From positions 1 to 64,000 of the forward strand of contig JAVJQW010000015.1 of the NCBI GenBank assembly GCA_040218735.1: a stretch of 64,000 nt of DNA, written 5' to 3'. The DNA is from Deltaproteobacteria bacterium. Lineage in GTDB: Bacteria > Myxococcota > Kuafuiibacteriia > Kuafuiibacteriales > Kuafuiibacteriaceae. Each line of letters starts with the position of its first letter. Position 1 is the first letter of the stretch. Below are positions 9,075-19,242 of this stretch, in pieces. The notes under the pieces were generated by a model, which saw nothing but the letters and a program-made list of their open reading frames with translations, had not been told where the DNA came from and ran no database searches. Both the position numbers and the translations under genes were made by a program.

Positions 9075-9943
9075 CCGCCGACCTCCCCGCGGAGGATCGA
9101 CTCGAGGTCGGGGACGTCGCGTCGAAGCGCTACGATCAACCCGCCGGCGCCGCGCGCGCGTGCGAGCGCTTCGTCGAGCGCGGCCGGATCCTCCGCCTCG
9201 ACGTGGTAGTTACCGTCGCCGTTCGACGTGAAGCCTTCGACGTCGATCGGCTCGGCGAAGCGCACGATCCACCGCGTGGACTGCGCGGCGAGTGCTTCGA
9301 TCGGGCCGTCGCGGAGGACCGCGCCGGCGTGCAGGATGCCGATCCGATCGCAGATGCGCTCCGTCTCGGAGAGCAGGTGAGAGTTCAGGAACACCGTGGT
9401 GCCGCGCGCCTGCTCCTCGCGAAGGAGCTCGCGCACTTCAGCGCGACCGAGCGGATCCACGCCGTCGGTCGGTTCGTCGAGCACGAGCAGCTCCGGTCGA
9501 CCGAGCAGCGCGGCGGCGAGCCCGAGGCGTTGTTTCATCCCCTTCGAGAACGCGCGGGTCTTCACGTCGCGCGCGGAGGCGAGGCCGACGCACACGAGCA
9601 GGCGATCGATCTCTTCGCGCGGACGCGGGAGGCGTTTGAGGCGCGCGATGCTCGTCAGGTAAGTGGTCGCCGACCACGCCGGGGGCAGGGCGAGGCGTTC
9701 GGGGAGGTAGCCGATGCGTCGCCGCACGTCGATGTCCTCCGGCGCGCCGCCCAGCACCCGGATCGAGCCGGCGGAGGGGCGGACGATGCCGAGCATCGTC
9801 TTGATGAAGGTCGTCTTGCCGGCGCCGTTCACGCCGATGAGCCCGAAGCAGGTCCCGCGCGGGACGACGAGGTCGACGCCCGCGAGGGCGCGGCGGTTCT
9901 TGAAGATCTTCTCGATCCCCTTCGCCTCGAGTGCCGCGTCCAC
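9071..9943 (-). CDS. ABC transporter ATP-binding protein
   Basis: Walker A GVNGAGKTT, FSKGMKQR signature, LVLDEP Walker B. Confidence 0.95.
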   Translation of the reverse strand: MDAALEAKGIEKIFKNRRALAGVDLVVPRGTCFGLIGVNGAGKTTFIKTMLGIVRPSAGSIRVLGGAPEDIDVRRRIGYLPERLALPPAWSATTYLTSIARLKRLPRPREEIDRLLVCVGLASARDVKTRAFSKGMKQRLGLAAALLGRPELLVLDEPTDGVDPLGRAEVRELLREEQARGTTVFLNSHLLSETERICDRIGILHAGAVLRDGPIEALAAQSTRWIVRFAEPIDVEGFTSNGDGNYHVEAEDPAALDEALARARGAGGLIVALRRDVPDLESILRGEVGG

Positions 9944-9959
9944 GCGGGCGGATCCTACG

Positions 9960-10640
9960 CTATTTCGCGAGCACGTCCTTCAGCGCGTCGAGGCGCGCGT
10001 GCCAGGCGGCCTTCGCCGCGTCGGCGTCCGCCTTCGAGGCGAGCTTGGCGTGCTGGATCGCGACGCTGCTCTTGCTGTCGCCCTTCGCTGTGAAGAAGAC
10101 GTTGACCTGCGTGCCGTCGTCCCAGTCGAAGCGGATCGAGCGGTCCTCGATCTTGGTGCGGACGCGCTTCACACCCTCCGGGAGCCACTTCTTGCGGCGG
10201 CGCCCGTCGGCGAACATGGCGAAGAGCGTCGACACGTCGACCCCGAAGGTGCGCGACTTGTTGCCCTCGTACGTTCCGCCGCGTCGCTGACCGACGTCGC
10301 GCAGCCCGCGGATGCGCTCGTAACCGACGGTCACGGTCTGCGCCCACCAGCTGCTCACGCCGTCGTAGGCGGTGCGGAGGTGTTTCGCGATCTCGGTGTG
10401 GTTCTTCTCGTAGGCGCGGTCGGCGTCGAGGGCCTCGACCCACTGCGCCCAGGTTCGCCCGGTCTTCGCGGCGACGGCGTCGTCCTTCATCCCCGCGAGC
10501 TCGGCCCAATCGGCCTTCGGCGCGGCGTACGGGGACGGCGTCTTCTTCGCAATCACGACCGCGCGGGCGGACGTGTACGACTCACCCGTCTTCTTCATAC
10601 GGGCGCGGACGATGCGTTTGATGTCTTTGTTCTTCGGCAT
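9960..10640 (-). CDS. Conserved hypothetical protein (basic N-terminus, DUF4287-like and SRPBCC-like parts)
   Basis: KRIVRARMKKTGESYTSAR N-terminus; KTGRTWAQW and WWAQTVTVGYER motifs. Confidence 0.75.
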   Translation of the reverse strand: MPKNKDIKRIVRARMKKTGESYTSARAVVIAKKTPSPYAAPKADWAELAGMKDDAVAAKTGRTWAQWVEALDADRAYEKNHTEIAKHLRTAYDGVSSWWAQTVTVGYERIRGLRDVGQRRGGTYEGNKSRTFGVDVSTLFAMFADGRRRKKWLPEGVKRVRTKIEDRSIRFDWDDGTQVNVFFTAKGDSKSSVAIQHAKLASKADADAAKAAWHARLDALKDVLAK

Positions 10641-10800
10641 TTTCGAAACTCCAACTCGCCTCGCGAACATGCTCCCCAGCAACAGGCCCACGCGGCGCGA
10701 AGGCTTCGAAAACGCTCATGACCCGGAGGTACACCCTCCTTTGCCCCGCGAAGGTCGACGCTGGGGGTCGACCGAAGGGGTTCGGCGTGGATCGTCGCCA
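10641..10800 (-). promoter_or_regulatory. Structured 5' leader (candidate cis-regulatory RNA)
   Basis: Nested complementary segments 10688-93/10785-90, 10725-29/10735-39, 10744-47/10777-80 and 10753-59/10767-73. Confidence 0.35.
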
Positions 10801-10886
10801 AGGCGAAGATGGGTCAGTCGGCGGCCGGGGTCAAGCGCGCGGTTTGGCGGTACGCGGGCGCCTGGCGACGCGTTAGGCTCCGCCTT

Positions 10887-11582
10887 GTGGACGACCCCGT
10901 CGACGATCTGCTCGACACGTTCGACGACGCCCTAGAGGACGGCAAGCTCGACGTCGCGCGGCAGATCCTCGCCGCCGCGGACGCGGTGGCGCCCGACGAC
11001 GCGCGCGTTCGCTACGCGGGCGCGCAGCTGCTGGCGGAGGAGGGAAACGACGCCGAGGCGCGGGAGGTGCTCGAAGCGCTCGTCGCAGCGGAGCCCTACG
11101 CGGCGGACGCCTTCCACAGCCTCGGATGGGTGTGTGAGCGGCTCGGCGATCGGAACGGCATGCGAGCCGCTTGGTTGCGGGTGCTGATGCTCGACCAGGT
11201 CGCGGACGAGGAGGAGAAGCTCGTCCGCCCGAAGGACGAGAAGCTCGTCGCCCGCGTCGCCGAGGCGACGTTGAACGCGTTGCCCGACGAGCTCGCGGCT
11301 CGCCTGGAGAACGTGGCGGTCGTGCTGGAGAAACGCCCGCCGCACGCGATCGTCGAGACCGGGTTCGACCCGCGCGCGTACGGGTTGTTCGAGGGGCCGA
11401 TGGACGGTGACGACGGCATCGCCGCGCCGACGCGCGTGGTCCTGTTCGTCGCGAACCTCGTCGCGGACTTCGGCGACGAAGACGAGCTCCTCGAAGAGCA
11501 GGTGCGCATCACCGTGCTCCACGAGGTCGGTCACTTCTTCGGCCTCGACGAAGACGGCGTCGCGGCGCTCGGGCTCGCCTGA
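10887..11582 (+). CDS. TPR + zincin-like metallopeptidase
   Basis: N-terminal TPRs; YGLFEG, RVVLF and VLHEVGHFFGLDE motifs; start uncertain. Confidence 0.85.
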   Translation: MDDPVDDLLDTFDDALEDGKLDVARQILAAADAVAPDDARVRYAGAQLLAEEGNDAEAREVLEALVAAEPYAADAFHSLGWVCERLGDRNGMRAAWLRVLMLDQVADEEEKLVRPKDEKLVARVAEATLNALPDELAARLENVAVVLEKRPPHAIVETGFDPRAYGLFEGPMDGDDGIAAPTRVVLFVANLVADFGDEDELLEEQVRITVLHEVGHFFGLDEDGVAALGLA

Positions 11583-11584
11583 CG

Positions 11585-11968
11585 TCAGCGGTGCTGGTCG
11601 ACCAGCACCGGGTTGCCGTCGGGGTCCACGACCACGAAGCTCGCCGGGCCGGTGGTCGACTCGTCGGCCTCCTGGCTGAACGTGACACCCTCTGCCTTGA
11701 GGCGTCGCTGGAGCTCGCGGACGTCGGTGAAGTCATCGACGGGCTCGGCCTGGTCGTTCCAGCCCGGATTGAAGGTGAGGATGTTCTGCTCGAACATCCC
11801 TTGGAACAGCCCGATCGTGTGGGTTCGGTTCCTGAGGATCAGGTAGTTGTGCTCGGCGTTGCCGCCGACGACTTCGAAGCCGAGCTTCGCGTAGAACTGT
11901 CGGGAGACTTCGAGATCTTTGACGGCGAGGCTCACCGAGAACGCGCCGAGGTTCATGTCTTGGGTCAT
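11585..11968 (-). CDS. VOC/glyoxalase family protein
   Basis: LGAFSVSLAVKDL...FYAKLGF and DPDGNPVLVDQH motifs. Confidence 0.9.
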   Translation of the reverse strand: MTQDMNLGAFSVSLAVKDLEVSRQFYAKLGFEVVGGNAEHNYLILRNRTHTIGLFQGMFEQNILTFNPGWNDQAEPVDDFTDVRELQRRLKAEGVTFSQEADESTTGPASFVVVDPDGNPVLVDQHR

Positions 11969-12014
11969 GGCGTCGGAGCCTACCACCGCCGGTCTTCGTG
12001 GTAGACCGGGCCCG

Positions 12015-13571
12015 ATGACCGAGCGCACCCCCCGTGATCACCTCGCCGACCTGGAGCGTCGCCTGCACCTGACGTCGGACGAAGGGCGCCCCGAGGCCGT
12101 CGCGAAGCGACTCGAGACCGGGCAGCGCACCGCCCGTGAGAACATCGCGGACCTCGTGGACGACGGCTCCTTCGTCGAGTACGGCGCGCTCGCCGTCGCG
12201 GCGCAGCGTCAGCGCTACGCGCCCGACGAGCTCGCGAAGAAGAGCCCGGCCGACGGCATCGTGTGCGGGCTCGCCACGATCAACGGCGACACCTTCGACG
12301 AGGACGCCGCGCGCGCGATGGTCCTCGCCTACGACTACACGGTGTTCGCCGGAACGCAGGGGGTGTTCGGGCACAAGAAGCTCGATCGCATGCTCGCGCT
12401 CGCGGCGCGGTGGTCGACGCCGATCGTGTTGTTCGCGGAGGGCGGAGGCGGGCGCCCGAATGACATCGACGTCCCGACCGTGTCCGGGCTCGACACGCCG
12501 AGCTTCTACGGCTTCGCGGCGCTCTCCGGGCGTGTGCCGCGGGTGGGGATCGTGTCGGGGCGTTGTTTCGCCGGCAACGCGGCGCTGCTCGGATCTTGCG
12601 ACGTGATCATCGCGACGAAGAACAGCAACATCGGTATGGGCGGCCCCGCGATGATCGAGGGCGGCGGGCTCGGCAAGTACACCCCCGAGGCGATCGGTCC
12701 GATCGACGTGCAGACCAAGAACGGCGTCGTCGACGTCGCGGTCGAGGACGAGGCGGAGGCCGTCGCGGTGGCGAAGCGTTACCTCGCGTTCTTTCAGGGG
12801 CGTACTTCGAGCTGGGAGGTCGCGGACCAGAGCTCCCTGCGCGACGCGCTCCCGGAGCGTCGCCGGCGCGCCTACAAGATCCGCCCGATCGTCGAGACGA
12901 TCGCCGACGTGGGCTCCGTGCTCGAGCTTCGCAAGGACTTCGGCCGCAGCCTCGTCACCTGCCTCGCGCGGATCGAGGGGCAGCCGGTCGGCGTCATCGC
13001 CAACGATACGTACTACCTCGGCGGCGCGCTCGACGCCGACGCCTCCGACAAGGCGGCCCGGTTCCTCCAACTCTGTGACGCGTTCGGTCTGCCCGTCGTC
13101 GCGCTGAGCGACGCGCCCGGCTTCATGGTCGGGCCGGACTCCGAGGCCGTGGCGGCCGTGCGGCGCACGGCGCGGATGTTCGTCGCCGCGGCGAACCTGA
13201 CGGTGCCGTTCTTCAACGTCGTCCTCCGCAAGGGCTACGGCCTCGGCGCGCAGGCGATGGCGGGCGGTCACTTCCACGCGCCGGTGTTCACGGTCGCGTG
13301 GCCCACCGGTGAGTTCGGCGCGATGAACCTCGAAGGCGCGGTGCGCCTCGCGATGCGCCGGGAGCTCGAAGCGATCGTGGACGAAGAGCAGCGAAAGGCG
13401 ACGCTCGCGCAGATGGTGGAGATCGCCTACGAGCGCGGCAAGGCGACCGAGGTCGCGTCGCTCGTGGAGCTCGACGCGGTGATCGACCCCGCCGACACCC
13501 GACGCTGGCTCCTGCGCGGCCTCCGCTCCGTCCCCGCGGAGCGCGGTGGGCGGTGGATCGACACCTGGTGA
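12015..13571 (+). CDS. Acyl-CoA carboxylase carboxyltransferase subunit
   Basis: DYTVFAGTQG, EGGGGRP, GRCFAG and DAPGFMVG motifs. Confidence 0.92.
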   Translation: MTERTPRDHLADLERRLHLTSDEGRPEAVAKRLETGQRTARENIADLVDDGSFVEYGALAVAAQRQRYAPDELAKKSPADGIVCGLATINGDTFDEDAARAMVLAYDYTVFAGTQGVFGHKKLDRMLALAARWSTPIVLFAEGGGGRPNDIDVPTVSGLDTPSFYGFAALSGRVPRVGIVSGRCFAGNAALLGSCDVIIATKNSNIGMGGPAMIEGGGLGKYTPEAIGPIDVQTKNGVVDVAVEDEAEAVAVAKRYLAFFQGRTSSWEVADQSSLRDALPERRRRAYKIRPIVETIADVGSVLELRKDFGRSLVTCLARIEGQPVGVIANDTYYLGGALDADASDKAARFLQLCDAFGLPVVALSDAPGFMVGPDSEAVAAVRRTARMFVAAANLTVPFFNVVLRKGYGLGAQAMAGGHFHAPVFTVAWPTGEFGAMNLEGAVRLAMRRELEAIVDEEQRKATLAQMVEIAYERGKATEVASLVELDAVIDPADTRRWLLRGLRSVPAERGGRWIDTW

Positions 13572-13623
13572 GCGCGCGATCGGAGCCGTTGACGCGTGGG
13601 TGCCCGCAGGTTGTCTTGCGCGC

Positions 13624-14508
13624 GTGAACCCGAGATTCCTCGTCGTCCTGATCGCGACCGGCTGCGCCACGAGCCCTTCGTCGCCGACCTCCCAGCCCTC
13701 GTCGCAGCCGGCCTCCCAGGCCGCGTCGCAGCCCGCCTCGCAGCGACGCGCCGCGGACGGGATCGAGCGGCTCTCGCAGACGCCCGCCGGGCAAATCGTC
13801 CTCGGTGCGATCGAACGGCACGGCGGTTTGGAGAAGTGGTTCGCGGGCGGCGCGCTCACGTTCCGCTACGCGTACCGCCCCGTCGGCGATCGGCCGGGGC
13901 GCGTCTCTACGCAGACGATCGATCTGATCGACTCGCGCGCGTACCACACGCTCGAAGAGCCGATGAAGGGTGAGATCGCCTGGGACGGTGCGCAGGCCTG
14001 GTCGAAGCTCGAAGGCGACGGCGACTTCGCCGCGCGCTTCTGGGCGCTGACGCCGTACTACTTCGTCGCGATGCCGTTTGTGCTCGGCGACCCCGGCGTT
14101 CGGCTCGACCTCTCCGAAGACGACCCCACCCAGGCCGGCTTCCCCGCGGACACCGACGTCGTGAAGGCGACGTTCGACCCCGGCACCGGCGACGCCCCCG
14201 ACGACTACTATGTGCTGTACTTCGCGGCCGACGATCACCGCCTCCTCGGTCTGCGTTACATCGTGACGTACTTCGACCGCCCCGGCGGGCCGAAGGAGAA
14301 GCTCCTGGTCTACGAGGACGAGGCACCCGCCGGTCCGCTCACGCTCGCCCGGACCCACACGACGTACGCGTTCGGCGAAGGGGTCCGCGGCGAGAAGGTG
14401 ACGGAGTCGAAGATCGACGGCGTGGTCTACGGCGCGACGTTCGACGCGTCGCGCCTCACGATGCCCGAGGGGGCGAAGGTCGACGCAGCGAAGCCGGCCG
14501 GAACCTGA
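13624..14508 (+). CDS. Lipoprotein, DUF6503-like
   Basis: ATGC lipobox, SQPA low-complexity repeats, AIERHGG, YYFVAMPFVLGDPGV and DYYVLYF motifs. Confidence 0.75.
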   Translation: MNPRFLVVLIATGCATSPSSPTSQPSSQPASQAASQPASQRRAADGIERLSQTPAGQIVLGAIERHGGLEKWFAGGALTFRYAYRPVGDRPGRVSTQTIDLIDSRAYHTLEEPMKGEIAWDGAQAWSKLEGDGDFAARFWALTPYYFVAMPFVLGDPGVRLDLSEDDPTQAGFPADTDVVKATFDPGTGDAPDDYYVLYFAADDHRLLGLRYIVTYFDRPGGPKEKLLVYEDEAPAGPLTLARTHTTYAFGEGVRGEKVTESKIDGVVYGATFDASRLTMPEGAKVDAAKPAGT

Positions 14509-15163
14509 ACCACACCCCGTTCGCGACGAGCGCGATCGCCGCGAGCACGAGCGACGTCGCAACGGAGCGGACGACGAACACCCGCACGCCGAGGAGCCCC
14601 TCGAAGCTCGACGCGACGAACGCGGCGTGCGCGACGGCGAGGGTGCCGATCCCCACGAGCGCGCCGAGGACACGCAGGTCGCCGAGCAGGTGAAGCCGCG
14701 CGCGCGCCCAGTACAGCAGGATGAAGACGCCGACGACGGAGATGCCGTACTGCAGGAGCTTGTACGCGGGGAGGCCGTACGGCCCTTCGCGAAGGATCGG
14801 GTACGCAGCGACGCCCCAACCCCAGTAGTGCGTGAACGCGTCGACGAAGACGTGGGTCCCCGCGCCGACGGTGAGGCCCGCGAGGACACGCAGCAGGCGC
14901 GGCGTCGGCGTGAACGTGAAGTCGTCCGCGAGCCCGAGCGCGGGCGCGACGATGCGCTGGTAGATCCACAGCCCGACGAGCCCCACCGGCACCGAGAACA
15001 AGAAGATCCCGATCAGCGAGTGCTGGCCCCACCACGGGGCGTCGACGACGTACGCGACGTCGGGCGCCATCGCGCCGATCGCGAGCGCCGACATCGGCAA
15101 ACCGAGGCGGGCGAAGGGGAGGGCGAACAACGGGTGAACGGGCGTCGCGGGCACGAAGGACAC
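14456..15163 (-). CDS. DUF4184-family membrane protein
   Basis: HP...SALAIGAMAPD, THVFVDAFTH and LQYGIS motifs. Confidence 0.75.
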   Translation of the reverse strand: MSFVPATPVHPLFALPFARLGLPMSALAIGAMAPDVAYVVDAPWWGQHSLIGIFLFSVPVGLVGLWIYQRIVAPALGLADDFTFTPTPRLLRVLAGLTVGAGTHVFVDAFTHYWGWGVAAYPILREGPYGLPAYKLLQYGISVVGVFILLYWARARLHLLGDLRVLGALVGIGTLAVAHAAFVASSFEGLLGVRVFVVRSVATSLVLAAIALVANGVWFRFRPASLRRPSPPRAS

Positions 15164-15258
15164 TCTGCCAGGTCGCTCGGGAGGCGGCGGGGCCGACCCG
15201 TGGCAATCTCGTGGCAGCCACGGTGACGCGGGTGCCTGGCTCTGACAAGGTGCGGCGC

Positions 15259-16116
15259 ATGTCGATCACCGAACGCCTCCAGCTCGAGCGCATCGACCGC
15301 GACCTGTTCCGAGGATTCAGCCCGGACGATGGGCGACCGCGGGTGTTCGGGGGCCAGGTCGCCGCGCAGGCGTTGGTCGCGGCGGTGCGGACGATCGACG
15401 AACGCCCGGTCCACTCCCTGCACTCGTACTTCCTGCGTCCCGGCGACCCGAAGGTTCCGATCATCTACGAGGTCGATCGGGTGCGTGAGGGGCGCTCGTT
15501 CCAGACGCGGCGCGTGGTGGCGATCCAGAACGGCGAGGCGATCTTCATCATGGCCGCGTCGTTTCAGTCGCCCGAGTCGGGGCTCGATCACCAGGAGTCG
15601 ATGCCCGACGCCGCGCCGGCCGAATCGGTACCGTCGATGCGGGAGCTGATTCGGCGGCGCGCCGAGACGGATCCGTTCTTCGAGCGCTTCGAGAAGATGG
15701 AGATCCTCCTGCGCATCCACGACCTCAACCCGATCGACATCGAGGACCCGCAGCCCCGCACGGACCCGCACCTCGTGTGGTGGAAGTCGGAGGAGAGCCT
15801 CCCGGACGATCCCCTCCTTCACCAATGTGTCCTCACCTACGCGTCGGACTACACGCTCCTGGACGCCGCGATCGCGCGCCACGGACGCACGTGGTTCATG
15901 CCCGACATGATGGTCGCGAGCATCGACCACGCGATCTGGTTCCACCGCCCGCTGCGCGCCGATCAATGGTTGCTCTACGTGACCGACAGCCCGAGCGCTT
16001 CGGGCGGTCGCGGTCTCAGCTTCGGGCGGATCTATCAGGAGGACGGGACCCTCGTGGCGTCGGTCGCGCAGGAGGGGCTCATGCGCATCATCGATCCGAG
16101 CCGGAGGAAGTCATGA
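15259..16116 (+). CDS. tesB: Acyl-CoA thioesterase II
   Basis: VFGGQVAAQAL, HSLHSYFLRPGD, SIDHAIWFH and SVAQEGL motifs. Confidence 0.95.
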   Translation: MSITERLQLERIDRDLFRGFSPDDGRPRVFGGQVAAQALVAAVRTIDERPVHSLHSYFLRPGDPKVPIIYEVDRVREGRSFQTRRVVAIQNGEAIFIMAASFQSPESGLDHQESMPDAAPAESVPSMRELIRRRAETDPFFERFEKMEILLRIHDLNPIDIEDPQPRTDPHLVWWKSEESLPDDPLLHQCVLTYASDYTLLDAAIARHGRTWFMPDMMVASIDHAIWFHRPLRADQWLLYVTDSPSASGGRGLSFGRIYQEDGTLVASVAQEGLMRIIDPSRRKS

Positions 16117-16991
16117 AGAAGCTCGCGGTGCTGCTCGTCGTCGCGCTCGTCGGCTGCAAGGGCAAGAAGATCGCCGAGGAGGCCGCGCTCGTGGAGCGTG
16201 AGAAGGCCGCCGCGATCGAGGCTGCGAAGGCTGGGAAGATCGATGGGCTGGCCCAGCACGTCGGCATGATCGAAGGGGCCGCCTTTCGGTTGAACGAGCT
16301 CGGCGCGGACGCGGTCGAGGGGACCCCGACCGAGGCGTACTTCGACGGCGTGCGCTCCGAGATCTTGGCGGCGCTGCCGGAGTCCTTCCCGGCGGCGTTC
16401 CTCGCGGCGAGTGACAAGTTCGCGCAACAGACGATCCTCGAGTTCATCGCCAAGGCCGACGCGGACCGCGCGGCGGGATTGAAGAAGAAGCTCACGTCCC
16501 GGCTGAAGATCCTCGTGCGCGGCGCGTCGACGGGCAGCGCCGAGCCGCTCGTGAAGAAGTACCAGGCGAGTCATCCGCACCTTCGGTGGATCGTCGCCGA
16601 GGGGCTGCGGAGCAAGGACGCGGAGGCGAAGGTCGCGGTCGTCCTCGACTTCGCGGAGGACGTCGACATCCAGAGGCTCATCACCTTCGAGAAGACCGAC
16701 GTGAGCGGCCGCGCGACCGGCGGCCCGAACTACCACGCGCTGTCCGGCTACGGCGTGCGGCTGACGGTGCGGTGGGTCGAGGTGAAGGCGCCCGACGGCG
16801 TCGACGAGCCGACGGTGTTCTTCGCGGCGCAGAAGGTCGACCAGCCGGCGTCGTTTCGCGCGAGCGGGAAGACGTCGGCGGCGTCGAAGTTCGCGCAACA
16901 CCAGGCCCAGGCGCTGCAGAGTGCTTCCGCCGCGCTCCACACCCAGCTCATGGAGCGCTTCGTCGCCGAGCTGCTCCCGAAGCTCGAATAG
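16113..16991 (+). CDS. Hypothetical lipoprotein
   Basis: MKKLAVLLVVALVGC lipobox; ATGA overlap with tesB. Confidence 0.75.
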   Translation: MKKLAVLLVVALVGCKGKKIAEEAALVEREKAAAIEAAKAGKIDGLAQHVGMIEGAAFRLNELGADAVEGTPTEAYFDGVRSEILAALPESFPAAFLAASDKFAQQTILEFIAKADADRAAGLKKKLTSRLKILVRGASTGSAEPLVKKYQASHPHLRWIVAEGLRSKDAEAKVAVVLDFAEDVDIQRLITFEKTDVSGRATGGPNYHALSGYGVRLTVRWVEVKAPDGVDEPTVFFAAQKVDQPASFRASGKTSAASKFAQHQAQALQSASAALHTQLMERFVAELLPKLE

Positions 16992-16997
16992 CGCCTA

Positions 16998-17375
16998 CTA
17001 CTTCTTCTTCTTCTCGGGCTCGGAGAGCTTGCGCAGCCGGACCTTCGCGACGCCCTCGATCTCGAGCTCCTCGGCGACGGCGCGCGACAGGTCGATGATG
17101 CGTTTGTCGTGATAAGGGCCGCGGTCGTTCACGCGGCACTTCGCCTTCTTGCCGGTGTCGACACGCTCGACCTCGAGCACCGTCCCGAAAGCCAGCTTGC
17201 GGTGCGCGCAGGTGTCTTCGCCCGGGTCGTACGTCTCCCCGTTGGCCGTCTTGTTGCCCGCGAGGCTGTCCGCGTAGAACGACGCCTGACCCTCCGCGAT
17301 CACGGGGCCCGCGGTCTGCGCGCTGGGGCACGCGGTGAGCGCGAACAAGAGGAGGGGAGCGAGCTTCGACTTCAC
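16998..17375 (-). CDS. rlpA: RlpA-family lytic transglycosylase lipoprotein
   Basis: GQASFY, TANGETYD, AHRKL and VNDRGPY...IIDLS motifs. Confidence 0.9.
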   Translation of the reverse strand: MKSKLAPLLLFALTACPSAQTAGPVIAEGQASFYADSLAGNKTANGETYDPGEDTCAHRKLAFGTVLEVERVDTGKKAKCRVNDRGPYHDKRIIDLSRAVAEELEIEGVAKVRLRKLSEPEKKKK

Positions 17376-17649
17376 GGTCGTGGACCGTCGCACGCAGGCC
17401 GGCGACCGACCAGGGCTCAGGGCTATCATTCGGTCGATGACGCGGACGCAGAACCCGCGGGGTTCGACGTGTCTCGACACCGCTGCGTCGCACCGAGCGG
17501 CGGCATCCCGGTGATGAGGCCCCGTCCGCAACGCTCGTGTCCGCGGACGAGGGCGGGGACACACCGAACACACATCGCGTTTCGGGTTTATACCGCGGGG
17601 CCCGGTTGCCTACGACCGAAGGCTGGTCCAACACTTTGGACCAGGAGGG

Positions 17650-19242
17650 ATGCTGCGTCGCCGCTTCAGCCTGGTGTGGCTCGTGTCGCTCGCGAGCTTC
17701 GGGTGCTTCGCCGAGGGGCAGGCGCCGAACACCGCGGTCGTGGCCTCGCCGGCTTGCACGGTCGAGGTGCCGATGCGGCGCCTGACGCCGCAGCAGTACG
17801 CGCACGCGATCGGCGATCTCTTCGACGGGGCGGTCGAGCCCAGCGCGCGGTTCCCGGAGCAGGCCGGTCGTTCCGTGACGGGGTTCAGCACAGAGCCGGG
17901 ACTCAACGGTGTCGACGCGCTCGCCGCCGAGCAGATCCTGTTGGCGGCCGAAGACGTCGCGCTGCAGATCCCCGGCGTCCTCGACTGCGATGACGAAGAG
18001 TGCGCCGCGCGTTTCCTCGACCGGCTCACGACGCGCGCCTTCCGGCGAACACCGACCGAGGCAGAGCAAGTCAACTTGCGGAAGGTGTTCTTGGACGTGC
18101 GAGCGGACGAGGCCGCGGTCGACGAAGCGACGGCGATGACCGTCGCCGTGATCCTGCAGTCGCCGCAGTTCCTCTACACGATCGAGGCCGGCGCCTCGGA
18201 CACACCGGTCCGTGCGCTGACGTCGAACGAGATCGCGACGCGCCTCGCGTTGCTCCTGTGGGACAGCATCCCCGACGACGCGCTGCTCGCCGCCGCCGCC
18301 GAGGGGCGCCTCGAAACGTCTGAAGGGGTCGCCGCCGAAGCGCGCCGGATGCTCGCGGATGAAAAGGCCGAGCGCATGTCGCGCCGGTTCTTCCGGGAGT
18401 GGATGCACGTCGACGCGCTCACCGCGGTGTCGCGCGATCCGGCGCGTCACGATTGGTACGACGCCGCGTTCGCGGCTTCGATCGGGGAGTCGTTCGATCG
18501 CTTCGTCCATCGCGCGCTCACCGAGGGCTGGACGGTCGAAGAGCTCCTGACCGCATCGACCGCGCCGGTCGACGACGTCCTCGCGGAGCACTACGGCGTC
18601 GCCGCGCCGAGCGAGCCGTGGTCGTGGGTCGACGTCGATCCGGAGCGCGCGGTCGGCGTGATGACGCAGCCCGCGGTGATGGCGAGCCTCGCGCACTACG
18701 GCGAGAGCTCCTACGTGCGGCGCGGTCACTTCGTGGTGTCGGGGCTGTTGTGTCGCTCGCTCGGGGACCCGCCCGCCAACGCGACGCAGGAGGTCGTGCA
18801 GATCGAGAACTGGCTGCGGCCGGGGGCGTCGCGGCGGGAGCTCTCCCGCGCCGTGCAGCGACGCACGGAGTGTGGGTCGTGCCACCTGACACTCGATCCT
18901 CCGGGGCTCGCGTTCGAACACTTCGACGCGACGGGGCGGTGGCGCGACCACGACGTCTACGGCAACGTGATCGACGCGTCCGGAGAGATCGGCGCCTTGC
19001 GCCTCGAGTTCTCGGGCGCGCGCGAGCTCATGGAGGGCGTGGCGGATCGCTTCGAGGCGCGTGAGTGCGTGGACCGTCAGGTCTTCCGGTTCTTCGCGTC
19101 ACGCATGGACGAAGACGCCGATCGATGTGTCCTCGACCAGATGCAGAGCAACGACGGCTCGGTGCGCGGCGGCCTGATGACTCTGGTCGGGAGTGACGCG
19201 TTTCGCTACCGGCGCACCGGCTCGGCGGAGGGGACGCCATGA
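17650..19242 (+). CDS. DUF1592/DUF1588/DUF1595-domain lipoprotein (CxxCH)
   Basis: MRRLTPQQY, LQSPQFLY, WDSIPDDALL and CGSCH...DPPGLAFEHFDATG motifs. Confidence 0.9.
   Translation: MLRRRFSLVWLVSLASFGCFAEGQAPNTAVVASPACTVEVPMRRLTPQQYAHAIGDLFDGAVEPSARFPEQAGRSVTGFSTEPGLNGVDALAAEQILLAAEDVALQIPGVLDCDDEECAARFLDRLTTRAFRRTPTEAEQVNLRKVFLDVRADEAAVDEATAMTVAVILQSPQFLYTIEAGASDTPVRALTSNEIATRLALLLWDSIPDDALLAAAAEGRLETSEGVAAEARRMLADEKAERMSRRFFREWMHVDALTAVSRDPARHDWYDAAFAASIGESFDRFVHRALTEGWTVEELLTASTAPVDDVLAEHYGVAAPSEPWSWVDVDPERAVGVMTQPAVMASLAHYGESSYVRRGHFVVSGLLCRSLGDPPANATQEVVQIENWLRPGASRRELSRAVQRRTECGSCHLTLDPPGLAFEHFDATGRWRDHDVYGNVIDASGEIGALRLEFSGARELMEGVADRFEARECVDRQVFRFFASRMDEDADRCVLDQMQSNDGSVRGGLMTLVGSDAFRYRRTGSAEGTP

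Noticed and set aside
13690-13743. 12-bp tandem repeat
   Set aside because: Encodes an SQPA low-complexity linker in a lipoprotein
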